A stretch of DNA of 64,000 nt from Schmidtea polychroa (lineage: Eukaryota), in NCBI GenBank assembly GCA_044892525.1, contig CM097885.1, forward strand, positions 124,001 through 188,000. Reading direction: 5' to 3'. Both the position numbers and the translations under genes were made by a program. The notes under the pieces are model-generated. The model worked only from the letters and a program-made list of their open reading frames with translations, searched no databases and was not told the origin of the DNA. How positions within the stretch are numbered: position 1 is the stretch's first letter; every line of letters starts with the position of its first letter. Shown here piece after piece: positions 50,026 to 61,389 of the stretch.

Positions 50026-51435
50026 ATGTCTCTAAATAAATATTGGAGATGTGAAAGTTGTAATTGTCAAGTTACAAGACATCATAAAGCAAGTCATTTA
50101 AAAACTAAAAAACATACAGGAGGTGATCTAATTCCACGAGCTGGAGGCGATTTGCAATCTTCAAAAACAACATCTTCAATATTAAAACCTTTTACTACAG
50201 AAAAATATCCAGGTGAAAGACATTTATTTAAACACAACTATACTGGACCAGGAACACGTCTAGATATTAGATTAGATGAAAATAATAATCCCAAACAAGG
50301 AGAAGAACCAATAAATAGAATTGATCAAGCAGCTTTAAAACATGACATTGCATACAATTCAACAAATCTTAGAGATAGACATGTTGCAGATGTGAATTTA
50401 ATACATGATTTAAATAGTATCCAAAATCCATCAACCCAAGAAAAGATTCAAAGAGCTCTAGTTAAATTAGCAATGAAAGGTAAGATTTTCATAGGCTTAG
50501 GACACAGTCCGATCACCATGGGTGCAAGACTTCCTAGGAAAGCAAAAGATGTTGCTTATAAAAAGATTATCGAACAAGCAGAGATTGAAAGATCCCTCGA
50601 GAGTACAGCCAAGACTAGTTTACAAACCCCAACAGAATCAGAAATAAAATATGCAAAGGAATTACACCATGAATTTAGAAAAAATAAAAAATATTTAAAA
50701 GTTCAAGTACATGAAAAAGATCAAACATGGTCTGCAGATTTAGTCTTTATGCCCAAATCATCAGACCCTGAAAAATATAAAATAATTTTAACTGTAATAG
50801 ATTTATATACAAGATTTGCTTTTGCAAGATGTTTAGAAAATAAAACAGGATATTCTATTACAGAAGCATTTGAAAATATATTTGAAGAAAATCAAAGAAT
50901 CCCAAAATATTTATGGTGTGATAAAGGAACAGAATTTTATAACAAAGTTTTTACAAAGTTTTTAAATGAAAATGATATTAAATTATATTCAACAGAAAAC
51001 GAAGGAAAAGCAGTCGTAGTTGAAAGATTAAATAGAACATTAAAAAATAAAATGTGGAAATATTTTACTGCTATTGGAAAACAAAAATGGAACAATGAAT
51101 TGTTACAAAAGATTGTAAATGAATATAATAATGATGTACATAGTTCTATAAAATTAACACCTTTAAATGCTTCCATGAAGCCTGAAACCATTAAAGTGGT
51201 AAATATTGAAAATGATGTTATTGAAAAACCAAAGTTTAAAATTGGTGACCGAGTAAGAATATTTAAATATAAAAATAAATTTGAAAAAGGATTCACAGCA
51301 AAATGGACAAATGAAATTTTTATTATAAATAAAATACATTATACAACTCCAATAACATATACCATCTTTGATTTAAATAATGAAAAAATATTAGGTAGAT
51401 TTTATAATAATGAACTACAGAAAACAGATTTTTAA
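50026..51435 (+). CDS. Fusion protein: C2H2-like zinc finger + parvovirus-type PLA2 + retroviral-like (rve) integrase
   Basis: CESC..HLKTKKH; NYTGPG..IDQAALKHDIAY..AD; WSADL..IDLYTRF..CDKGTEF..VERLNRTLK (DDE intact); ends GRFYNNELQ with no chromodomain. Confidence 0.93.
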   Translation: MSLNKYWRCESCNCQVTRHHKASHLKTKKHTGGDLIPRAGGDLQSSKTTSSILKPFTTEKYPGERHLFKHNYTGPGTRLDIRLDENNNPKQGEEPINRIDQAALKHDIAYNSTNLRDRHVADVNLIHDLNSIQNPSTQEKIQRALVKLAMKGKIFIGLGHSPITMGARLPRKAKDVAYKKIIEQAEIERSLESTAKTSLQTPTESEIKYAKELHHEFRKNKKYLKVQVHEKDQTWSADLVFMPKSSDPEKYKIILTVIDLYTRFAFARCLENKTGYSITEAFENIFEENQRIPKYLWCDKGTEFYNKVFTKFLNENDIKLYSTENEGKAVVVERLNRTLKNKMWKYFTAIGKQKWNNELLQKIVNEYNNDVHSSIKLTPLNASMKPETIKVVNIENDVIEKPKFKIGDRVRIFKYKNKFEKGFTAKWTNEIFIINKIHYTTPITYTIFDLNNEKILGRFYNNELQKTDF

Positions 51436-51446
51436 GTCGACAAGCC

Positions 51447-52238
51447 CTAAAACAAACTTTTCCATATTTCAGCTTCTTCTCTATCCAAATAAATATAATT
51501 ATATTTTTCTTTCCAATGATTATCAACAAACATATCAAACATATTCTTATCAGGTTCAACATTTGAAAATAAATCATTATAAATCATATTCTTATCACGG
51601 CGATCTAATTTAAAAAATATAAAACAATTGGAATTATTTCTTATTGAATTTTTATCTAAAGCATAATATGTTTGAGATATATAAATAACATTACAATTAT
51701 TATGTCGACCTCGTGTAAAGTAACTCTTTTGAATCTCTTGATTTTTCATATTAACAACATCATCAAATATAACTAGATTCTTTTTATCTTTAGGAAGTAA
51801 ATCACAATGTATAACATCTTCAGGTTTATTAGAGAATAAAACTTGAATTGCCTCCTGCCCTTCTTCACAAATATAATCATTTTTATTACTAATATCTGAT
51901 TCTAAAATCTTTTCCTTATACCAATCAACCATATCACAAGGTTGAAAAACTTCTTCAGGACACCTATGTTGATTTTTAAAAATATCAATTATTGCTTTTT
52001 TAGTTAATTTATTTTCAAATCCACATTTCAAAAGTTGTAATTCTGGTTGCTTTATGGTTGTAGAATAAAAGATAAAATTATTATAATCTAAAAAATCATC
52101 TTCAAGTAACATTCTCAAAACAAGTACATTCTTTCCACATCCAGAAGAACCAACAATTAATAATCTAAAATTATCAGGAAATACTTTATTATTAAATTTA
52201 CTCTTATGTCTATTTAAAATTGGTTTCCAAATATCCAT
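51447..52238 (-). CDS. A32/FtsK-like genome-packaging ATPase
   Basis: Walker A GSSGCGKN, Walker B LVIFDD, and FTRGRH..IYISQ..IRNN motifs. Likely start is MDIWKP at 52238. Confidence 0.92.
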   Translation of the reverse strand: MDIWKPILNRHKSKFNNKVFPDNFRLLIVGSSGCGKNVLVLRMLLEDDFLDYNNFIFYSTTIKQPELQLLKCGFENKLTKKAIIDIFKNQHRCPEEVFQPCDMVDWYKEKILESDISNKNDYICEEGQEAIQVLFSNKPEDVIHCDLLPKDKKNLVIFDDVVNMKNQEIQKSYFTRGRHNNCNVIYISQTYYALDKNSIRNNSNCFIFFKLDRRDKNMIYNDLFSNVEPDKNMFDMFVDNHWKEKYNYIYLDREEAEIWKSLF

Positions 52239-52253
52239 TTTGTTTATTATAAA

Positions 52254-52847
52254 ATGACAACTGAAGAATCTTTGCAAGAATTAATAAATTCAAATAAAAA
52301 TAAATCAGTAGTAATTGATGGTAAAAAATATTTTATTGGAAAACATGTAAAAGAACAAGTTAGAGCGAAGCTCCACGAAGCTAAAGAAGGTGGCATTCTT
52401 CCATTAGCTGCTTTAATACCTGCAATCATTGCTGGTTTATCAGGTGCTGCTGGAATAGCTGGAGGAATTGCAATTACAGTTCAAAAAGCTAAAGAATCTC
52501 AAAAGACAGACCTAGAAAAAGAAAAACTACAAACTGAAATCGATTCAATGAAGAAGGTAGGGCAAGCTAAAGGGGGAGTGTCCGTTGGAAAGGGTCTCTA
52601 TCTTAATCCATATGAGGGGAGTCGGCAAAAGTCTCAGGGCAAAGGTCTCTATCTTGATCCTTATAAAGGTAGAGGTTTAAATGATTTTTTAAAAAATCAA
52701 ATTTCTACATCTGAATCTTTATCTTTAAAAGATAAAGAAGATTTAAAAAAAATATGTAAATCTTTAAAGAATGGATGTCTTTGTAAAACTAAAAATGGCA
52801 AAGGTTTATACTTGAAGCCCTTTCCAACGGATCCTTTACCAAAATGA
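52254..52847 (+). CDS. Gly-rich hydrophobic/basic virion core or membrane-active protein
   Basis: EGGILPLAALIPAIIAGLSGAAGIAGG segment and three GKGLYL repeats, which resemble protease processing sites. Confidence 0.65.
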   Translation: MTTEESLQELINSNKNKSVVIDGKKYFIGKHVKEQVRAKLHEAKEGGILPLAALIPAIIAGLSGAAGIAGGIAITVQKAKESQKTDLEKEKLQTEIDSMKKVGQAKGGVSVGKGLYLNPYEGSRQKSQGKGLYLDPYKGRGLNDFLKNQISTSESLSLKDKEDLKKICKSLKNGCLCKTKNGKGLYLKPFPTDPLPK

Positions 52848-52869
52848 TACCATTTTTAATACCATAAAA

Positions 52870-53739
52870 ATGGTATATGAAGAAAGACTAGCACTTTTAA
52901 AAAAATTACAATCAGAACAAGATAAATATAATAAAAAAGATACAAGTCAACATGCTGAATCTTTAATATTAAATGAGGTAATAACACAACAACAGGGGCC
53001 AACAATTAAAGCTATAAAAGGATTAAATGAGCAAGCAAAATTTAAAGAGTTAGAAGATGGAGGAAGTCCCCATGAACAAAAAATAAAAAAACTAGAGTGG
53101 AAGGAAGAATCCAGTGAAAGTCATTCTGAAAGAAATCAAAGAAAACGCAGAAGAATTTCTAATGCGGAAGAAGAAGAAGAAATGTTTTTAAAAACAAAAC
53201 CTCTTAAAGTTGATCCTAAAATTAGAGATGATTTACCTCCTTCAATTAGACCCACATTTAATACTAATACTGAAGGATATCAAATAATAACAATTAATAA
53301 ACAAAACTTTACTTTATATTCAAATTCAGAAAATAAATCACGTATTCATTCACAAAATGTTTATAATAATGAATATTTAGACTTTGAATTTACAGATGAT
53401 TTTTATAAATTACTTTGTGGATATTCTTCAGATGATCTTGAAGAAATTAAAAAATATTTAAATTTAATAAGATTAATAAGAGCTGGTTCTAAAGCAAAAT
53501 ATATTCAAGATTTAAAGAATTATTTAGATAAAAATGAAAAGGGTTATGTTGTTACAGAGGGAGAGGGATTAATTAGTGAAGGAAATCCCATCAATCTTTT
53601 TATTGAATTAAGAAAACTATTAGCTGCAAGGAAAGCAGGACATAATAATTTAGATTCTGATATTTTAAAGATTTCTAAAGATTTGTTAAAACAAGGAATA
53701 ATTTCAAAAGATAAATTTAATAAGTATACGAAGTTATAA
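52870..53739 (+). CDS. Polinton hypothetical protein (289 aa)
   Basis: Intact ORF. C-terminal GEGL..ELRKLLAARKAGHNN resembles a motif I recall from Polinton structural-module proteins. Confidence 0.7.
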   Translation: MVYEERLALLKKLQSEQDKYNKKDTSQHAESLILNEVITQQQGPTIKAIKGLNEQAKFKELEDGGSPHEQKIKKLEWKEESSESHSERNQRKRRRISNAEEEEEMFLKTKPLKVDPKIRDDLPPSIRPTFNTNTEGYQIITINKQNFTLYSNSENKSRIHSQNVYNNEYLDFEFTDDFYKLLCGYSSDDLEEIKKYLNLIRLIRAGSKAKYIQDLKNYLDKNEKGYVVTEGEGLISEGNPINLFIELRKLLAARKAGHNNLDSDILKISKDLLKQGIISKDKFNKYTKL

Positions 53740-53791
53740 ATACGAAGTTATAAAATACGTAGTTTTAAAATACGAAGTTTTAAAATACAAA

Positions 53792-54256
53792 ATGACTCCT
53801 TCAATATTAGATTTTTTAAAAACATTTGGAATAAATGCAAAAACAAATTTTGATTTAAAAGATTATGCAAATTATTTAAATTTAAAAATTAAAATATTAA
53901 TGAATGATGAATTATCAAGTCTGGAGAGTCCCCTGAATATAATAATCAATTATCAAAATTCAAATGAAAAAGGATCTCATTGGGTTTGTATATATAAGAA
54001 ATCTATCTACTTTGATTCTTTTGGGATTAAACCTACTAAAGAAGTTGAAGATTATCTCTTGAGGGGTTCTCCGATTGATTCCCCAAATGGTTATACTTTT
54101 AACTCTTTACAAGTTCAACCTTTGAATACTAAAATATGTGGTATTTTAAGTTTATATGTTTTGTATAGATTGAATAAGGGAGAGGGAAAGGGGCATACGC
54201 AGGATTTTGAATCTATAATTCAAGAAATTTATAATGATCTAGAATCTCTACTATAA
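53792..54256 (+). CDS. Adenain-like cysteine maturation protease
   Basis: GSHWVCIY..YFDSFG..QVQ..ICG catalytic motifs. Confidence 0.92.
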   Translation: MTPSILDFLKTFGINAKTNFDLKDYANYLNLKIKILMNDELSSLESPLNIIINYQNSNEKGSHWVCIYKKSIYFDSFGIKPTKEVEDYLLRGSPIDSPNGYTFNSLQVQPLNTKICGILSLYVLYRLNKGEGKGHTQDFESIIQEIYNDLESLL

Positions 54257-54355
54257 GGATTTTTACTATAAGGATTTTTACTATATGAATTTACTACTAA
54301 AGAAATGGAGCTTCACAACCCTCCGGAAGATAATTTAAAAAAAATGGTAAACATA

Positions 54356-55071
54356 ATGTCAGATAAATATTCAAGAACTTTATCTATAAATTCAAAAGAA
54401 TCAGAGTTTACTATAAACTTTCAAGATTCAATTAAATTAGATCAAAATTTAAATTATGAATTGGGGCTATTATGGTTTTGTGCTTATAATACTATTTTTA
54501 TTATATAACTAAAGATAATAATAAATTTACTATTCAAACTCGTGATGGGCATAAACCAGAAATTATAACAATAGAACCTGGGGCATATGAGATAAAAGAT
54601 TTAAATGATATACTTTCTAAAAAAACAAATGAAGGTATTAAAATTAAAATGGATATACCAACTTCAAAATGTGTAATGACTTTGAAGAATATAAAAATTA
54701 GTTTTTTAGATAATTGTTTCTTTCACACAGTTTTAGGATTTAAACCTATGGATATAACAATAAAAGAAGATAAAATAATAACATCAGAACATATTATAAA
54801 AATAATAAATACAAACACAATAAATATTCATTGCGATTGTATAACAGGTTCTTATAATAATGGTAAACAAACAAATGTTTTATATTCCTTTCCCTCAAAC
54901 ACAGTTCCTATGGGATATAAAATAGTTGAAAGAATGAATCCTCCAAATTATTTACCTTTATGTAGAAAATATATAATGGATATTAATTTTAAAATTCTTA
55001 ATCAAGAAGGAGAATTGATTGATTTTAATGGAGAAGAGATTTCAATGTATTTACATTTGAAACAGGTTTGA
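54356..55071 (+). pseudogene. Minor capsid protein (penton), frameshifted near 54505
   Basis: FQDSIKLD..YELGL..YNTIF in one frame continues as TKDNNKF..IEPGAYEIKDLN..INIHCDCITGSYNNG..YLP..NQEGELIDFNGE in another. Confidence 0.85.
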
Positions 55072-55095
55072 AGATTCATTTTAAATTATTAATAA

Positions 55096-56106
55096 ATGAG
55101 TTCTTATATTCCTTGTAATAGAGGTGGTGGAACAATAAAAACAGGGTTTAATACAGAAGAAATATTAACTTTAACAGAAAATAAATATATTAATGAAAGA
55201 GGTGATTCAATGAAGGGTGATTTAATTTTAAATGGACACAAGATAAAAGAATTATCTTTTCCAACTGATGAAGCTGATGCAGTTAATAAGAAATATGTAG
55301 ATGGTGTTAAAAAATATACTGATTTAACAACAACAAGAATTGAAAGTTCATTAACAACAAAAATTGATTCAATGGAATCAAAGCTTAATAATATCGAACA
55401 ACGATTTAATGATAAATTTGACAAGTTACAAAGTCTGTTAACTGAACAAGTTGTAAAGTTAAATACTGCTATATTAAATTCTAAAGATAAACAAATTATG
55501 AATACTAAATTTAATGCAATATATAATATAATAAATGAGATGATTACATCATTTAATAAAAGAATTTCAAATTTAGAGTCTCATGGAACACACATTAACA
55601 CCACACATAGTATTAGAAAAAGAGCTGCTGAATTAGAACAGAATAAAACATTATTACCCCATACATATAAACATTTTATAGAACCAAGTTTAATAACAAC
55701 AAACAGTAAAGAATGGGGTGTTTTTATGGTTGTAAAAATTATTGATCCTTATTTCTTTTTGTTTGATGATGATAATGAAAGAATGAAATGGTTTGTGAAA
55801 TGTGATTATAATAGTAAGCTTGAAAAGGGTGATGTTATAATGACTAGTTATGATTTACCACACGGAGATTGGTATGTTAATACTCATTCACATGGACTAC
55901 ATAAAGTTAAAAGTAAGAATATTCATTTTTCTAGTTCACTTGTACAATATATAGATTTAATATTTTATGAAAAAAAGGTTGATGTTGATGAAGTTCGTAA
56001 AGCATTGAGAGAATTGTATAAAGATATCCTCTCAACAAGAGTTTCTTTTGATATCCGAGTATTGGTGCCAGATGGTGCTAAGAAGAATAAAGTCTTATTT
56101 TTTTAA
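55096..56106 (+). CDS. Fibre/spike-like protein with trimeric neck motif and coiled coil
   Basis: GDSMKGDLILNGHKI..PTDEADAVNKKYVD motif as in tail-fibre/adhesin necks, followed by heptads; located right after penton. Confidence 0.6.
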   Translation: MSSYIPCNRGGGTIKTGFNTEEILTLTENKYINERGDSMKGDLILNGHKIKELSFPTDEADAVNKKYVDGVKKYTDLTTTRIESSLTTKIDSMESKLNNIEQRFNDKFDKLQSLLTEQVVKLNTAILNSKDKQIMNTKFNAIYNIINEMITSFNKRISNLESHGTHINTTHSIRKRAAELEQNKTLLPHTYKHFIEPSLITTNSKEWGVFMVVKIIDPYFFLFDDDNERMKWFVKCDYNSKLEKGDVIMTSYDLPHGDWYVNTHSHGLHKVKSKNIHFSSSLVQYIDLIFYEKKVDVDEVRKALRELYKDILSTRVSFDIRVLVPDGAKKNKVLFF

Positions 56107-56114
56107 TTATTAAA

Positions 56115-56711
56115 ATGGAAGAAGTAAGAGAAGAAAAAATTTACGCAGAATTGAGATCATCAGGATATTATTCTTCCAGCGCCTCGGCTCCCACAGAACT
56201 TGAAATTATGAGAGTAAAAGAATTTAAATCAGAAACCTTACATTTACAAGATTTATTAAAGCATTATAAAAAAATTAAAAATAGATGGAATAAAGGGAAT
56301 ACAGTTTTAAAAGTTATAGGTTATTCTTTAGGATTTGCATCTGCAATATTAACAGTTATTTTACCCATAACTTTACCAGTTGTTACTCTTGCACCTGTAA
56401 TACTTGGAAGTATTTCTGTGGCTGATGGTTTCTTAACTGAAATAGTTTCATTATCTTATACTTCTAAAAAGAAAAGTTTATATAGAGAAGTTTGTTTATC
56501 AATAGAATTAGGAATCTCTAAATTATTTTTATTTCAATTAAAAGCTTTGGAAGATGGAATCCTGACAGACGAAGAAATAATGAAATCAAATCAAATAATA
56601 CAAGATATAAAGAATGAGGTTATAAGATTAAAAAGGGAGGGCATGGTGGCTAATGTTATAAGTAATAAAAAAACATCTCGAGAAAAATGGTTAAAGAATT
56701 CTTACTTATAA
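56115..56711 (+). CDS. Two-hydrophobic-segment membrane protein of Polinton type
   Basis: Hydrophobic hairpin around residues 63-105 and a KALEDGILTDEE motif. Confidence 0.65.
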   Translation: MEEVREEKIYAELRSSGYYSSSASAPTELEIMRVKEFKSETLHLQDLLKHYKKIKNRWNKGNTVLKVIGYSLGFASAILTVILPITLPVVTLAPVILGSISVADGFLTEIVSLSYTSKKKSLYREVCLSIELGISKLFLFQLKALEDGILTDEEIMKSNQIIQDIKNEVIRLKREGMVANVISNKKTSREKWLKNSYL

Positions 56712-56805
56712 AATGGGTGTATTTTTAAAAAAGTAGATCAGGTTGCTATAGTTGCTTAAATTAATTGTCGACATTTTATTATTAAAAAATTAAATATCGT
56801 TGGTT

Positions 56806-59800
56806 TCAGTTATGGTTGAAAGCCAACCTATGAATCATTAATTTATGATCTTTAAATTCTTTATCACTTAGACCTTTTATATATTCAGGATCAGTATTAA
56901 AATATTTAAGTTCTAAACATATAGGATTAAAAACTTGAGAATATAAAGGTTTCTCGATTTCTCTCTCGGGATAAATAATTTCAACATTATAAATATCAAG
57001 ATCAGTAATCTTTGTATCATATAACTTATTCAACTTTTCTAGATTTTTTATTATAGGGATTAAATTATTTCCAATAGGTAGAGTTGTCTTTAAATCACTT
57101 AGTATGAATCTCTTATCATCATAATTTGATAATGATACTTTTTGAGATTCTATCAAGTGAATATCATGGTTTTCACTTTTAAGTTGATGTATTTCATCAA
57201 TTTTATCTTTATGATTTGGATTCAATGTATCTATATAATCTTGATGAGAAAGATTCTTTGCAACCACTCTCTGTATTCCTTTACATCTGTTATCCTTTAC
57301 AGGTTTTTCTTCTTTAGGAAATATAGGATATCTATGTGTTATGGTTTCTTCTGTTTCTGGAGTTTTAAATATAAATGATCTAGTTATAAATTCAGGGTTT
57401 CTAAATGTTTCGTATGAATATTGTTTAGCACGAATAAATATTCCATTTTCTATAGGAGTAAAAGGTTTTTCATCTTTAAACGAAAATAGTTCTCCAGATG
57501 AATTTATTAAATTTGAAAGTATAGGATTTTCTTTCATATCTTTTTGTAAATCATGAGTTCTTATTGTTAAAAACATTGAATCTGTATCCATTGCATGCAT
57601 TGATATATTTGCTCCGTATATAGGTTGTAAGATGTTATAATATGTTTCATACATTTGTAATTTTGAAAGTTCTAAAATTGTAAACCCTATAAATATTGGT
57701 TTGTTATATGTTTTCTCATAATTTTTTAATTCTACTGCAGTAAGATTTTCAGAAAATACTTGTGCGTTTTTAAATGTAGGCTTTCCTAGCATGCGATTAT
57801 AACGCTTAATATCTTTGGTAGTATTTGTTAGGAGTTCAATATGAGTATATTTATCAACATTCTCCATTGTTTTCCCAAAGACTGAATTGTTTAAAAGTTT
57901 ATAATTATTATCTTTAAAAAGATTACCTCTCTTTTTGCAATGTTTCGACACCTAATGTTCTCCTCGATAAAAGCTTTCATGAATGGAGCTTGTTTAAATC
58001 TTATGACACTATGAACTTTAGGGTTAGAGATAAAATTGGAGGAGTCTATAGTGACAAAGATAAAACCTTCGATCTGTTTGATCACAAAGAAGTTTCATTG
58101 TTGGAGGTTTATCTTGTGAGATTTGCCATTCAGAAAGTTCGTTGATATCAATCTTTCTTCTTATGGGAGCTAAAGGAAAATATCTTGTTCCTGATTTTAT
58201 ATCATCTGGATAGTCGAGGTCGCATTCTATAAAGTAACCTATTGGAGAATCTTTCGATGTTGAAAGTATTTCTTTCATAAGGTCATCTGTTGGGTTCTCT
58301 ATTTCAGTGAAATCACTCATTGGTAAATATTGAGTCATAATTCCTGAATATAAAGCTGTTGCATCTATATAAAGTATAAATATAGGATTTTTCATTGTTT
58401 CTAATAATTCTTTTAATTCCTCATTGTTAATTTTCATATATGGATCATCAGGGTGTTTAGATAGTCTTCGGCTAGTAGTTATTGCATTTCTAGCTTTTAT
58501 TTCTCTATTCCCCATTACTGAAGAGACTCCTCCTCTAATGTTTGTTTTAATTTGGTTAAACATATCGAGGTTAGTTAAAAGATCTATAATTTTATCACCT
58601 TCTTCTATATTTGAAGTCCAAATGGTATATAACATAGTATCCCAAGCTAAAGAGGGTGCAGTTATATAATTATAAGGTTTAAGAACAAAAGATTTTGTAA
58701 ATTCTTCAAAGCAATCTGCTAGAATATAAACATCCAAGGATAAATACATACTTGTATATTCTCCTAAAGTTTTACACTTGAATAATTCCCACATTTTATT
58801 TGCTCGAGAATATTCTTGATTTGTAATATGATTTTTTTGAAGTTGTGAATAGAAATCTTCTTGGCTAGGAAGACTTGTTTCATTATATCTTTCAAACGAG
58901 TCAACATAGTCATAAGGATATATTCCTTTTGCTAAACATGTAGGATATTCTTCTAGAGGAATATTATTTTTTTCCAAGAATTCTCGAGTGATTTTAAAAT
59001 TTTCTGGTTTCATTGTTTTTGCTACTGCATCTAAAGACATTTGGAGAAAGTTTAACGAGTCTATAAATTTTAATTTTCCATATTCAATTGATTTATATTT
59101 TTCCTTTGTTAAGCCGATAACTTTGAAAGAGTTTTTAGCATTTGCTGCGAGGTGTTTAATAAATAGATGTATGTCATATCCAAAAAGATTATGAAATATA
59201 ACAGGTATAAATTTAGGAGTATGGCAATTAAGATTGCAATTTTTATGAGCTGCTCCTCAATAATTATTTTCCTTTTTTAAATGATCATGATCTATAAATT
59301 TTTCATCAGGAAGAATATTCTGTTTACATATCCAACAGTTGGAAGTATTTTCATATTCTTGTTGTTGTTGATTAGAAATATTTTGAGGATACTTTGTTTT
59401 TAATATTTTAAATATTTCATGTTCTAGATCATTTATATTTTTAGTAAAATGATTCAAGACTTCTTCAGGGGTACCTCCTAGAATTGAATATTCTCTAGAT
59501 TCTATGAGTTCAGGATAATTACTTTTAAATAATAATTTATAAGCAGATGGTAATTGTTTAGTTTTTTTAACACTATTAGGTTTATTTCTTTTTCTTAGAA
59601 AGGCTTTCATCCTCTCTGGTTTCATCTTCTCTCCTGAGGAGTTCCATAAATCCATGAGTTTATTTTTTTCTATTATTTTTAAATATTGATAAACCAAATC
59701 TTGTTTATGGTTTATAGATTCAAAGTCACCATAAAGAACTCCAACTGTTTGTAGTAAATTTGAAAAGTTTTTAAAATACATCTTGGGATTATTAGGCATT

Positions 59801-61110
59801 TTAATTAAAGCTGGATCATCTTTTTCACAAAATCTTGTATGTTTAATCATAGAGTTTTTAATTGTTGAATAATGAAGACATCTTTTACATGTTCCTCCTC
59901 CACTAGTTGGATTCTCTGGAGATGTAAAAGCTTGAAAGTTTTTTATTAAAACATAATGTTGATTATTTTCTTGTTCCAAGATTAAAAGATATATCTCGTT
60001 GTCCTGTGCTCCGTTATCCTTGGTTCCACTATCTGAAATATAAATTGGAATAATTTCTTTCCATATAACATGTTCATAAATATTAAGTTTAAGATTATTT
60101 AATTTTTCAAATTCTGGAATGTCTTCTAGTTTCATTGGGTGTTTGAATCCTTTGGGAAATATTAATTCATTTTCATATTGTTTGTATTTTGAAACTCTTT
60201 GGGGATTTGTTGCTTGAGGATGTAAATGTGCAAGTATTGACCAGATGAAACATTTGTTATCATTATTCTGTACATTTATAACATTTTTAGATTTAAAGGG
60301 TGTAGGAATATAAGATTTAGGATTGGGTGGTAATCCTCTCCAATAATCAATCACTAAAGTTTGGAAAGAGTTGAATACTAAGTTTGAATCTCCTAATTCA
60401 TTTTCTACTTCCTCTTGTTTTGCTTCTGCTGCTTTAATTATTTCTTTGATGGTTTTATCAAATCCTTTAATTGAAAATAAATATTTAAAAGGTATTCCAA
60501 TTTCAACATCTAAGGGTGTTGTCTTTTCTTCTGCTCCTCGCCAGTATTTTGCTTTGATTATAATTTTATATTTTATAACATTATACCTTGTCGGTTTATA
60601 ATTTTTTAAAGCTTCAGTGAAAGAATTTTTAATATTTTTTTTATTTTTATTTATATATTCTCCAGGAGTTGCAGGCCCATTAATTTTTAATTGAAATTCA
60701 TCTATATGATTAAAATTATCCCAGTTATATTTTTCTCTTTCAACATTATCAGGCTCTCCTTCTGAATGACATTCCTCATCGTCAGAATTTTGTTTTTTAT
60801 TTTTACATTCTTTTATATGTTCTAAATAATAGAAATTTAGTTTTGTTGAAAAGTTACAATGAGGACATGTAAATATTTCTCTATTTTTCCCGATACAATT
60901 TTCAAAATGTTTATTATATCCAGAATGTAGAAATCTTCCTTTACATTTAAGACAAAGTTTTGAATTTGTATCATTAAGATTATTTTCTTTTAATAAATGA
61001 GCTTTCGATTTTAAGTGAGAAATTAATCCAGTTTTATTTTTAAAAACTTTATTGCAAATATTACAATTCACTTTTAGAAAAAAATTTTTTATTGGATACC
61101 CTGTTTTCAT
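56806..61110 (-). pseudogene. pPolB with N-terminal zinc fingers; one premature stop and two frameshifts
   Basis: CNIC..H..H, YGDFES, DHDH, FHNLFGYD, KGIYPY, YIDATALY, KLLNNSVFGKTMEN, DTDS, YDDKR. TGA at 59257; frame changes near 58025 and 57930. Confidence 0.95.
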
Positions 61111-61176
61111 TTTATTTTTTAAGATTTATATTATTCATTTTTTATAATAAAAATTTAAAAAATGACAAAAAATCCA

Positions 61177-61260
61177 AACCTTGATGGCGCAGTGGGCTAG
61201 ACTGACACAGTGGTTCAAAATGCTAGCGGTTCAAATCACATCTGAGGTTAGTTTTTTTTT
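61177..61260 (+). ncRNA. Pol III type-2 (tRNA-like) unit
   Basis: A-box TGGCGCAGTGG, B-box GGTTCAAATC, T9 terminator; ends pair (AACCTTGATG/CATCTGAGGTT). Confidence 0.6.
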
Positions 61261-61389
61261 CAACATAAAATAATATTAAAAATTTGAAAATAATATTGAA
61301 AATAGTGTGGGTATCTTATATTTATAAAGTACTTGTATATTTTATTTTATTTATTTTATTTTATTTTATTTTTTATAAATTAAAAATTA

